From positions 928,001 through 992,000 of the forward strand of contig CAVYRF010000002.1 of assembly GCA_963770895.1 (NCBI GenBank): a stretch of 64,000 nt of DNA, given 5' to 3'. The notes beneath the pieces are model-generated. The model saw only the letters and a program-made list of their open reading frames with translations, made no database searches and was not told the DNA's origin. This document shows, in pieces, positions 10,227-19,400 of the stretch. The position numbers were made by a program, and so were the translations under genes. Numbering within the stretch: position 1 is the first letter of the stretch; each line of letters begins with the position of its first letter. This DNA comes from an uncultured Acidobacteriota bacterium. GTDB taxonomy: Bacteria > Acidobacteriota > Thermoanaerobaculia > Multivoradales > UBA5704.

Positions 10227-11468
10227 ATGGGACGCGCGACCTTTCCCCGCCAGCTTGCCCGCTTCTTCGCCCTCACCTTCCGCCAGGGCTACGAAGATTC
10301 GATCTACCTGACCGCTTCGGCGCTCGCCTTTGTCACCATCCTGTCGCTCGTGCCGCTGCTCGCGGCGCTCTCCTTTGTCGGTGCCAGGGTGTTCAGCCAG
10401 TACCCCGAAAAGAGCCTGGAGGTCTTCATCCAGGTGCTGCCCTACGCCGAAAAGGGGCTGACCGACAAGCTGCGCGAATTCCTCGACCAGGCCGAAGCCA
10501 TGCACGGCGTCGGCCTGGCGGCGCTGTTCGGCACCTCGCTCTTTGCCTTCGCCACCATCGAGGAGACGTTCAACAAGATCTGGCACGTCTCTCGCCGCCG
10601 CCTGTTCCGCCACCGCCTGCTGACCTTCAGCCTGCTGCTCTTCTGGGGTCCGCTGGTCGTCGGCGTCACCTTTTCGAGCCTCATCCTGGTGCGCCAGAGC
10701 CCGGCGCTGCGCGAGCTGGTGCGCGATTCGCTGCTGCTGCACATCGCCCCCTTTCTCGCCACCGTCGTCGGCCTGACCCTGCTCTACTGGCTGGTCCCCT
10801 CGACCACCGTGCGCTTCCGCAACGCCCTCGCCGGCGGCTTGCTGGGCGCCATCCTCCTGGAAGCGTTGCGCCAGACCTTCGGCTATTACGTCGAGTTCTT
10901 CCGCGGCGTCAGCACCGTCTACGGCAGCTCCGCGTTCGTCCTGCTCTTCATGATCTCGATCGAGATCACCTGGACCATCGTGCTCCTGGGCACCGAGGCC
11001 GCCTACACCGCCCAGCACTTCGCCCTCCTGACCCGCGACCGCCACACCCACCCCCCGGTCGAAGCCAGCTGGGTGGGCCTTGCCGCCCTCGCCTACCTGG
11101 CCGCCCTGGCCGGCGACAGCGCCCCCCAGCCCTCGACCGAGGAGCTTGCCCGCCATCTCAGCCTGCCCGCCCGCGACCTGGAACGCGCCCTCCACCCCCT
11201 CCTGGTCCGCGGCCTGCTCGCGGAAACCGCCGAGCGGGGCTATCTCCTGGGCCGCAGCCCCGCCGATCTCCCCGTCGAAGCGGTCTTCGACGCCTACGAG
11301 CACCGCGCGCGCCGCAGCGTCGAGCACACCGGAGACCACCTCCGCCCCCGCCTGGAATCCTGGATCGCCCACCTCGCCACCACCCGCGCCCAAAGCCTGG
11401 GCCCCATGACGCTGGCCGATCTGCTTGCCGCTCCTGAAGCCGGCGCCCCTCCAGTTTCCGAGTCGTAG
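10227..11468 (+). CDS. YihY/virulence factor BrkB family membrane protein with C-terminal winged-helix
   Basis: ASALAFVTILSLVP, IEETFNKIW, VYGS..., WTIVLLGTE; C-terminal HTH-like ELARHLSLP...GYLLGR. Confidence 0.88.
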   Translation: MGRATFPRQLARFFALTFRQGYEDSIYLTASALAFVTILSLVPLLAALSFVGARVFSQYPEKSLEVFIQVLPYAEKGLTDKLREFLDQAEAMHGVGLAALFGTSLFAFATIEETFNKIWHVSRRRLFRHRLLTFSLLLFWGPLVVGVTFSSLILVRQSPALRELVRDSLLLHIAPFLATVVGLTLLYWLVPSTTVRFRNALAGGLLGAILLEALRQTFGYYVEFFRGVSTVYGSSAFVLLFMISIEITWTIVLLGTEAAYTAQHFALLTRDRHTHPPVEASWVGLAALAYLAALAGDSAPQPSTEELARHLSLPARDLERALHPLLVRGLLAETAERGYLLGRSPADLPVEAVFDAYEHRARRSVEHTGDHLRPRLESWIAHLATTRAQSLGPMTLADLLAAPEAGAPPVSES

Positions 11469-11495
11469 CTGGAGCGCCAGGCCCCCCAGCCACCG

Positions 11496-11549
11496 GCTCG
11501 GTACCCATGGGCAGAAAGCTCGGTACCCATGGGCAGAGGGCTCGGTACC
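11496..11549 (+). repeat. Tandem 22-bp repeat (GCTCGGTACCCATGGGCAGA), two full units plus a partial one
   Basis: Units start at 11496, 11518 and 11540. Confidence 0.9.
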
Positions 11550-11712
11550 TGACGTAGGCCAACTAAATCCTCGATCGCCTACAGTTGCAGGCTCCCTATC
11601 CTAAATCCGCGGCTGGATTCGTCCTTCTTGGTGACGTTGCCTCATCAAGGGGCGAACAGCTTTGGGTCAGGATGCTCTCGACTTGGGGGCAGAAAATCGC
11701 AAGGGGAATCAA

Positions 11713-12372
11713 GTGCCTACCAGGCTGCACCTGTTTGCCGATGAGTCCGGCAACTTCGATTTCAGCAGGAAGAAGGATGCCTCCCGTTATTTCATTCTGA
11801 CTGCCGCGACTTTACCGGAGTGCGCCGAGGTCAGCGCGCGTATCAGCGAGCTCCGGCACCAGCTGGCATGGGAAGGACACGATCATCCTGGGCCATTTCA
11901 CGCCGCGCGTGATCCTGCCCCGGTTCGCCACAGGGTATTCGGCTTGATAGCAGGCTGCGATGTCCGGGTTGACGCGCTGCTGCTGGAAAAGGCCAAGGCG
12001 ATGCCACATATCCGCACTACGGAAGAGCTGTTCTATCAGCATGCGTGGTTCTATCTGATGAAATACGTAGCTCCTCGGCTCTCGTGCGATGAACTGCTGG
12101 TCGTAACCGCGTCTCTCGGCAACAAGAAGAAAAGACGCGCCGCGTTCTATCGAGCGGTACAGGATGTTATGAGCTAGGTAGCCCGGCACATGAGGTACAG
12201 AACCGCCTGTTGGGAATCGAGCTCAGACGGCTGCCTGCAAGTCGCGGATTACTGCGGGTGGGCGATCCAGCGCAAATGGGAGGCAGGCGATGCGGCGGCC
12301 CATAGCCAGATCGCCGACAAGATCAGATCCGAGTACAACCTGTTTGGCAGGGGTTCAACGGTTTACTACTAG
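11713..12372 (+). pseudogene. DUF3800 family protein interrupted by in-frame TAG at 12175-12177
   Basis: N-terminal FADESG and C-terminal LQVADY motifs lie in one frame either side of a single TAG; AAGGGG before GTG 11713. Confidence 0.82.
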
Positions 12373-12379
12373 CGGGGGG

Positions 12380-12445
12380 AACTGCGGCTAGCTATCTGCC
12401 CTGGAGCAGAAGAGCATTGTGGTACTCGTGTCACTAGCCTCCTTC
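12380..12445 (+). ncRNA. Candidate DUF3800-associated structured RNA
   Basis: Outer stem GGCTAG(12386-91)/CTAGCC(12434-39) enclosing hairpins TCTGC/GCAGA and GAGCA/TACTC, directly 3' of the DUF3800 stop. Confidence 0.5.
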
Positions 12446-12494
12446 ATCAAAGCGGACTCTATGGCGTAAATGAGGCGTCTGTCAAGGAGGCCGG

Positions 12495-12773
12495 TTGGTG
12501 AGCGGCGGCCAGGCGGCGGCGGGAGTGGAGATCTCCGACCAGTCCGGCTATTTCTGGTTCTTCGGCAGCTCCAACATGGAGGTTACCGTCAAGGTTCTGG
12601 ACGGCCGGCCGGTGAACGGCCACTTCTGGCTGTTCGCCGCCAGCATGACCACCGAGCCGTTCGTCCTGGCGCTGACCGACACGCAGGGCACCTGCGCCTC
12701 ACCCCCCTGCGTCAAGTACTACGCCAATCCGGCCGGCATCAACCAGAACTTCATCGACCTGGCGGCCGACTGA
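12495..12773 (+). CDS. Stand-alone or truncated copy of the FWFF C-terminal domain (near-identical to 3' end of next gene)
   Basis: 12497-12770 aligns with 13273-13552; AAGGAGG at 12484-12490 before TTG/GTG. Confidence 0.6.
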   Translation: MVSGGQAAAGVEISDQSGYFWFFGSSNMEVTVKVLDGRPVNGHFWLFAASMTTEPFVLALTDTQGTCASPPCVKYYANPAGINQNFIDLAAD

Positions 12774-12823
12774 GCCGCGGGCTGCAAAACCTTTCAACGG
12801 GACGATCGGGTAAGGAGGCGGAG

Positions 12824-13555
12824 ATGCGCAACGTTCTTTCGGCCGCCGGGCGCGGGGCCTTGTTGCTGCTGCTGGGCGCGGCGCCGCTCGGAGCGACCGG
12901 TGTCAATCCTCAGCTGAGCGTCACCCCTGCCAACCCTTCGACGGCCGACGACGTGACGGTGCAGGCGCAGGTCGACTACGACCCCGATGCGGGGGGCGTC
13001 GTCGAGTTCTACCTCACCCGGACGGAGAACGTCTTCACCGTCAACACCGCCGGAATACCGCTCTGCCCGGTGCCGCCCGGCCCCGATTACGGCCAGCTCG
13101 ATCTGGGTAAGCTGCCATCCGGGCTCTACCAGGTGGTGATGACCGTTGCCGGCACCACCACGGCCAGGCTGTTCAGCGTCTCGGCCCTAGCGACCGCCGC
13201 TCAGGGGTTGGCCTTCGACAGCGGGCGCTTCCAGCTGGCGCTGCTGCACGGCGCGACGGTCGCTGGCGGCACGGTGCGCGGCGGTCAGGCGGCGGCGGGG
13301 GTGCAGATCTCCGACCAGTCCGGTTACTTCTGGTTCTTCGACAGCTCCAACATGGAGGTCACGGTCAAGGTCCTGGACGGCGGGCCGGTGAACGGCCACT
13401 TCTGGCTGTTCGCCGCCAGCATGACCACCGAGCCGTTCGTTCTGGCGCTGACCGACACGCAGGGCACCTGCGCCACGCCCCCCTGCGTCAAGTACTACGC
13501 CAACCCGGCCGGCATCAACCAGAACTTCATCGACCTGGCCGCCGCCGCCGACTGA
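12824..13555 (+). CDS. Secreted protein: signal peptide, Ig-like domain and C-terminal FWFF domain
   Basis: AAGGAGG SD; hydrophobic leader; SGYFWFFDSSNMEVTVKVLDG. Confidence 0.8.
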   Translation: MRNVLSAAGRGALLLLLGAAPLGATGVNPQLSVTPANPSTADDVTVQAQVDYDPDAGGVVEFYLTRTENVFTVNTAGIPLCPVPPGPDYGQLDLGKLPSGLYQVVMTVAGTTTARLFSVSALATAAQGLAFDSGRFQLALLHGATVAGGTVRGGQAAAGVQISDQSGYFWFFDSSNMEVTVKVLDGGPVNGHFWLFAASMTTEPFVLALTDTQGTCATPPCVKYYANPAGINQNFIDLAAAAD

Positions 13556-13617
13556 TCGGCAGCGCCATCGAGGGCCCCGGGCACCCAGCCACCGCGGGTT
13601 TCACAGCTATGGGCTGC

Positions 13618-13633
13618 TAGTGCCCCGCACTAG
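13618..13633. repeat. 16-bp direct repeat copy 1, TAGTGCCCCGCACTAG (contains the dGTPase stop codon)
   Basis: Identical to 15042-15057. Confidence 0.9.
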
Positions 13634-15054
13634 AGCGGCTTGAACATGGTGGTGAAGACGTCCGAGCTGAGGCGCGCGTAGAACTCGGTGGCATAGCGGT
13701 CTGTCATGCCGGCGATGAAGTCACAAATCACGCGCGGGCGCTGCATCTTGGAAGCTTGCTGGTACCGCTGATAGAAGTCAGCGGGCAGGAGCGCTTCGCC
13801 CCCTTCTGCCGAGAGCGCCCTGAAGATCGATCGCACTACCTGTTCGCCTCGATGCGCCACCATCCGGAGCCTCGGCGAGGTGATCAACAAGACATAGCTC
13901 ATCTGCTTGAGCACCGACACCTGGATGCGCTCGTCCCGGCGCATGGTCACGCGCGAAAACGCCGGCCGGCGGCGATCGAGGTCAAGTTCGACGGCATGGA
14001 TGAACTGATTGACCAGGGTGCTGGTCAGAAAGGTCCGATAGAAACCGATCGACGCCAGCTGCCTGGCGTTGTTAAACGTTTTGCCGGCCTCCCTGAGATA
14101 CCAATCCTGCCAGTCCGCGGTCGGCGCATCGGGGGGAGCGGCATAAAACAGCAGCTTGAGGACGTCACGGACATCGCCGACCGTCACGCCTTGGTCGAGC
14201 TCCGCCGAAACTCGTCGCGCCACATCCGAGGCCACCGTGTCATTGGGATAGAGCATGTCCAGCGGCAGGAGCAACCCTCCCTTGAAGGCATCTTCCAGGT
14301 CGTAGGTGGAATAGGCGATGTCATCCGCCAGGTCCATGATCTGACACTCGACCGCCCAAAACTGGAAAGATCCGTCAAAGGCGAGGTCTTGCTTGACGCG
14401 CTCCACCACCGGCAGCTCCGAAAGGTAGTACCCCTTGACCAGCTTGTCGTCAGGGCCGCGCTGGAAAGGGATCGCAGTGTCGTACTTGAGAATCGATGCC
14501 AGGGTACGAGAGCAGAGATTGAGACCGACGGCCACGTCCTCATCGTGGCGGTACCAGACCGGGCTGCCCGCCGCAATCTGAGCGTTTGGGTCATCCAACT
14601 TTTTTTCCAACCGGCACAGGATGCGCAGAGTCTGGGCGTTCCCCTCGAACCCGCCGAAACGGTGCATCTCCTGGTCGAGCACAGCTTCACCGGTATGGCC
14701 AAACGGTGGATGACCCAGGTCGTGAGCGAGGCCCGCGAACTCGATCAGGTCCTCGTCGAGTTGCAGATGCGAGGCTTCCAACTCGACGTTCAACTTGCGG
14801 GCAATGGTCGCCGCGATCTGCGCGACTTCAAGGGAATGGGTGAGCCGATTGCGAAAGAAATCCGATTCCAGGCCGGCGAACAGCTGGGTCTTGCCCTGGA
14901 GGCGCCGAAAGGCAGCGCAATGAATGAGCCGCGCTCGGTCCCGCCAGAAAGGCGAGCGCCAGGGCGGCTCATGGCCGGTACCCTTGCCCAGCTCAATGGC
15001 GAGGGCGCGGCGGTAATCGGACTTGCGGTACAGCGGTGCTGTAGTGCCCCGCAC
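13630..15054 (-). CDS. dgt: dNTP triphosphohydrolase (dGTPase, HD superfamily)
   Basis: RDRARLIHCAAFRRLQGKTQ, RLTHSLEVAQ, AHDLGHPPFGH, FEGNAQTLR, DLADDIAY, DFIAGMTDRYA. Confidence 0.93.
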   Translation of the reverse strand: MRGTTAPLYRKSDYRRALAIELGKGTGHEPPWRSPFWRDRARLIHCAAFRRLQGKTQLFAGLESDFFRNRLTHSLEVAQIAATIARKLNVELEASHLQLDEDLIEFAGLAHDLGHPPFGHTGEAVLDQEMHRFGGFEGNAQTLRILCRLEKKLDDPNAQIAAGSPVWYRHDEDVAVGLNLCSRTLASILKYDTAIPFQRGPDDKLVKGYYLSELPVVERVKQDLAFDGSFQFWAVECQIMDLADDIAYSTYDLEDAFKGGLLLPLDMLYPNDTVASDVARRVSAELDQGVTVGDVRDVLKLLFYAAPPDAPTADWQDWYLREAGKTFNNARQLASIGFYRTFLTSTLVNQFIHAVELDLDRRRPAFSRVTMRRDERIQVSVLKQMSYVLLITSPRLRMVAHRGEQVVRSIFRALSAEGGEALLPADFYQRYQQASKMQRPRVICDFIAGMTDRYATEFYARLSSDVFTTMFKPL

Positions 15055-15057
15055 TAG
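15042..15057. repeat. 16-bp direct repeat copy 2 (contains the dGTPase GTG start and the upstream ORF stop)
   Basis: Identical to 13618-13633. Confidence 0.9.
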
Positions 15058-15221
15058 CCACGCTTGGCGGAGGGGCGTTTCCGCGTTGCCGCTGGCTTCG
15101 TTGCGTCGGATTTGGCGGGGGCGCGCTCGTCAGGAGAATGCCTGGTCAGCACGATCGAATGCGTGCTCTCGGTGAGCTTCCGAAGACTCGCGTACATGGT
15201 TTCAAGCTCGTCCTTGATCAT
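15054..15221 (-). CDS. 55-aa small protein translationally coupled to dGTPase
   Basis: GGGAGG SD before ATG 15221; its TAG overlaps the dGTPase GTG (TAGTG). Confidence 0.6.
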   Translation of the reverse strand: MIKDELETMYASLRKLTESTHSIVLTRHSPDERAPAKSDATKPAATRKRPSAKRG

Positions 15222-15331
15222 TCGCGGCCTCCCTGAAGAAATAGTAGCATACCGCTCTACTTTCGCCTTTGACCCTCGCGTTTGCGACTGTGGCGGCTCG
15301 ATCCTGCCGAGGCAACACCGAGTTGACGTGC

Positions 15332-15360
15332 TTGTGGGGTCGGGGTGGGGCGGGTACAAT
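15332..15360 (+). promoter_or_regulatory. Sigma70-type promoter of tRNA-Ala
   Basis: TTGTGG-17 bp-TACAAT, 14 bp upstream of the tRNA. Confidence 0.65.
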
Positions 15361-15374
15361 ACGCGGTCTCTCGT

Positions 15375-15450
15375 GGGGCAGTAGCTCAGCTGGGAGAGCA
15401 CCACGTTCGCAACGTGGGGGTCGAGGGTTCGAATCCCTTCTGCTCCACCA
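15375..15450 (+). tRNA. tRNA-Ala (anticodon CGC)
   Basis: 76-nt cloverleaf: acceptor GGGGCAG/CTGCTCC with G3:U70, anticodon arm CCACG-TTCGCAA-CGTGG, GGTTCGAATCC, encoded CCA. Confidence 0.97.
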
Positions 15451-15491
15451 ATCTTCTTTTTTGATCTGCGGCGGATCGCTGGACCGCACCG

Positions 15492-16430
15492 ATGGACTCT
15501 CAGCAGCTGGCTGACGGTGGCGGCGCGCTTCCCCAGGAGGTGCGCTGGGAGCGCATGCTTCCACACCAGCTGGAGGCGGCTTTCGCGGCCTGCCCCGGCG
15601 TGTATTTCGGCTACGGCCTGTGCGAACCCCATGGGCCGCACAACGCCCTTGGCCTGGACGCCCTCAAGGCGCACGGTCTGCTGGTGCGCACCGCCCGCGA
15701 GCATGGCGGCATCGTCGCGCCCCCCGACTACTGGCACGTTCACGAGATGGGCGGCTACGCCCTGTGGGCCGAGCGTGAGATTGGCGAGGCGCGGCCCTGG
15801 CTGACCGCGGTGCCGCCCTGGGTCCACTTCAAGAACATCTGCTACCACGTCCGCGCCGCGGAGGTCCTGGGCTTCCATGCCGCCATCCTCCTGACCGGCC
15901 ACTACGGCCCCAACTATCAGGACCTGGAGTCGCTGGTCGGCTGGCTGCAACCCTGGACCCGCATGCGCCTGCGCGGCCTGGCCGACTTTGCGGTGAATCG
16001 ACCCGGCTTTCCGGGAGACGGCGCCGACGGCGATCACGCCGGCAAGGTCGAAACCTCGCAGCTCTGGGCCCTGGAGCCCGACTGCGTCGACATGAGCCGC
16101 ATCCCCCCCAACCCCGCCTTCCCCCAATTCGCCATGGGCCGCAACGCCGCCCAAGCCACCCGCGAAGCCGGCGAGCAGATGGTCGCCGCCCAGGTCGCCG
16201 GCCTGGGCACCCTCCTGCGCCAGCTCCTGTCCGACTACGACCCCGCCCGCTCCTCCCGCCTGCGCACCTTCGCCGACGTCGAACGCTTCTGGCACGAAGA
16301 GGTCCGCCCCGCCCTCCCCCACCTCAAGACCATGCGCCCCACCTGGTACGCCAAACCATCCCCCGACCCCACCTCCCGCTGGCACGAAAACTGGCCCATC
16401 CCCGATCTGCCCCGAGGGGAAGATCCCTAG
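15492..16430 (+). CDS. Creatininase family protein
   Basis: GLCEPHGPHNALGLD, LTGHYGPN, DHAGKVETS. Confidence 0.88.
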   Translation: MDSQQLADGGGALPQEVRWERMLPHQLEAAFAACPGVYFGYGLCEPHGPHNALGLDALKAHGLLVRTAREHGGIVAPPDYWHVHEMGGYALWAEREIGEARPWLTAVPPWVHFKNICYHVRAAEVLGFHAAILLTGHYGPNYQDLESLVGWLQPWTRMRLRGLADFAVNRPGFPGDGADGDHAGKVETSQLWALEPDCVDMSRIPPNPAFPQFAMGRNAAQATREAGEQMVAAQVAGLGTLLRQLLSDYDPARSSRLRTFADVERFWHEEVRPALPHLKTMRPTWYAKPSPDPTSRWHENWPIPDLPRGEDP

Positions 16431-16434
16431 TCAG

Positions 16435-19400
16435 TTAGTTGCAGGGCAATGCGTTGGTGTCCTGGACGGGGAGCGCGGCGGTCAGGTCGGGGTTGGTGTA
16501 GGTCTTCACTTCGTTGGTCTGGGTGTCGGTGACGGTGACGGTGAAGCCGACGTTGGTGCCGGCGGCGTAGAAGATCCAGTAGCGGTTGTTGACGCCGCAG
16601 GCATTCAGGACCTTGACCAGCATCTCGGGGTTGGTGGGGTTGAAGAACCAGAAGAGGCCGCCCTGGGACACTCCCAGCTCGGCCAGGGCGATCGCCTGGC
16701 CGTCGCCGTTGCTGCCGCCGCCTTGCGCGGTGTGGTAGTGGGCTTTGACGGCGAAACGGTCGCCGATGCATAGCTGGGTGGACGTGGTGGCGCAGCCGGC
16801 CTGCGCTGCGGGCGGCGGCACGACCGAATCGGCGGCGGTGGTGGGCGGTGCGGGCGCGTTGTTCGCGCTGGCCGCTGTTGTCGCCGCATCACCCGCTTCG
16901 CTCGCGACAAGCGCTGCGGTCGTGTGGCTCGCGGCGGCCGCGCCGAGCGCGGCGGGCGTCCCGCCGGAAACGATTACGTCGCTCGGGGAGCTGTCGGCCA
17001 CGGCGGACGGTGGCGGGGCTGGGGCGGCGAGGCCGGCGGTGGTGCAGGAGAAGGCGGCGGTGTCCTGGACAGGCAGCGCGGCCGTGCCGTCCTGGTTGGT
17101 GTAGACCTTGGTGCTGCCGGTGACCGAGTCGGTGACGGTGACGGTGAAGCCGACGTTGGTGGTGGCAGACGAGAAGACCCAGTAGTGCTGATTGACGCCG
17201 CAGGCGTTCAGCACCTTGAGCAGCATTTCGGGGTTGGAGGGGTCGAAGAACCAGAAGAGGCCGCCATGGGAGACGCCGATGTTGGCCAGGGCGATCGCCT
17301 GACCGAAACCGGAGTGGCCGCCGCCCTCGCTGGTGTGGAAGCTGGTGGTCACCTGCCACCGCCCGTCGCCGGGCTGGTCGTCCAGGCAGATGGTGGTGGC
17401 GCTTGCGGCGCAGCGGCTGCTGAACACGTAGATGGCGCCCTGCGCGCTGTGCAATCCAAGGGTGGCGAAGGTCGCTCCGACGGCCGCCGTCTTGCCGTCG
17501 CCGGAGAGCGCCACGATGCCCATTTCTTCGCTGGCCTGGCCGTCGCCCGCGACGAGCTTGGACACTTCGGTTGCGTCGGCCCAGGCGGCGCCGGGGCGGG
17601 CGAAGGCGTAAGCGGCGCCCTGGTTGGCGTTGCCGTCGACGGTTGCGGCTCGGGTGCCGCCCAGGATCGTGCTGCCGTCGTCGCTGATCGCCACCGAGGT
17701 GCCGAAGCTGTCGTTGCGGGCGCCGTCGGATGCGGTCAGCTTGGCGATCTGGGTGCCGTTGGCCCACCCGGAGGTAGGACGGGCGAAGACGTAGACGGCG
17801 CCCTGCGAGGCCTTGCTGTCGATGGCGGCGCCGCTGGCGCCGGCGGCGATGGTCGCGCCGTTGCTGCTGACCGCCACACCGAATCCCAGCTGGTCGCCGG
17901 CGGCGCCATCGGACGCGGTCAGCTTGGCGGTCTGGGTGGCGTTCACCCAGGTGTGGCTGGGCGACCAGGTGTACACATAGACCGCGCCCTGCGTCGCCTT
18001 GTTGTCGACAGTCGCCGCCGCACCGGCGGCGATGGTCGCGCCGTCGCCGCTGATCGCGTTCATCAGGCCCAGGCCGTCCTGGGCGGCCCCGTCCGAAGCG
18101 GTGAGCTTGGCGGTCTGCGTGCCGCTGATCCAACCGTTGGTGGGGCGGGCAAAGACGTAGAGCGCCCCCTGCGCGGCGTGGCTGCCGATCATGGCATGGT
18201 CGGTCGATGCGACCACGGTGGTGGCGTTGGCGTCGATCGCGACGGCACGCAGCTCGTCGCCCGCGGCGCCGTCTCCGGCGGTGAGCTTGGCCTGCTGCGT
18301 CTGGTTGGTCCAGGCGGTGCCGCCGCGCAGGAAGACGTAGACCGCCCCCTGCCCGCCATGCCCGCCCACCGTGGCGAAGGGTGCCACCGCCAGGATCGTC
18401 GAGCCGTCGGCGCTGATCGCGACGCCCTGGGGGAAATCGCCCAGCTGGTCGCTGGCGGCGCCGTCGGAGGCGGTCAGCTTGGCGGTCTGCACGCCGTTCG
18501 CCCAGCCGCTCACCGGGCGCGAAAACACGTACACCGCGCCGGCGGCGGCATGCCCCCCCACCTCGGCTTCGGGCGCCCCGGCCACCACCGTCTGACCGTC
18601 GTCGCTGATCGCCACGGCGGCTCCCAGGTTGTCGCCCGCGGCGCCGTCCGCTGCCACCAGCTTGGCCACCTGCATGAAGGGGTCGACCGTCACCGGATAG
18701 ACCGCCCCGGCGTCCTGCACCTCGACCAGCAGCCGGTCGCGGCGCAACGCAAAGCGTGCCGCAAGCTGCCGACCGCGCGCGTCGTAGGCCGTCAAGCCGC
18801 CGTAGCGCAGCACCGGACCGCCACCTGCCAACGTCGTCGCTGCCGGCGGAGGCAGCAGCGTCAGGTCGCGTCCGTCCACCGAAACCGCGGCGCGCAGATC
18901 CCCTGCCAGCGCCAGCTCGAGGCGCAGCGCCCCCGCACCGGCCGGCGCGCGGCCGATCGTCCACCCCTCTTCGAGGCCCGCCGGGCCGTTGACGAACCAG
19001 GTGTCGACAGCCCCGCCACCGCCGGCGATATCGCTCGCGAAGTCGACCCGGTTGCGCGCCGTCCTGCGCGCCCTGAGCCGAGCGGCGTCGGGCGCCGCCT
19101 GCCGTTCGCCATCGCGCCCGACCACCGCCGCCGACAGCTGCCAGCGGTGGCCGCCGGCGGCAACCTGGACGCCGCCATTGCGGACCAGCGCCGAGGCGCC
19201 GCCACCGGCCAGCGTCGCGGCATAGCCGCCGCCCTGTGCGGTCAACGCGTACCCAACGTCATCGCGCCCCAGGGTCGACGACACGACCGCGCGCAGCGCC
19301 GGCGAGTCGGGAAGAGCCGCTGGCGCCGCGGCCGCACTGGCGACCGAAGCACCGCTCAGCACCCCCAGGGCCAGCCCGCCCCAGGCCGCCGCCACGTGGG

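Noticed and set aside
12175-12177. Genome-wide amber recoding or pyrrolysine
   Set aside because: Several genes here end at TAG at their expected C-termini (dGTPase, YihY, DUF58) and no pyl genes are present.
15375-15450. tRNA-Ala as integration site of a prophage or ICE
   Set aside because: I found no duplicated tRNA 3' end and no integrase in the window.
17410-18670. Repeated DNA in the FG-GAP gene as a diversity-generating retroelement target
   Set aside because: The repeats are ordinary protein propeller blades; I saw no adenine-specific template/variable pair and no reverse transcriptase.
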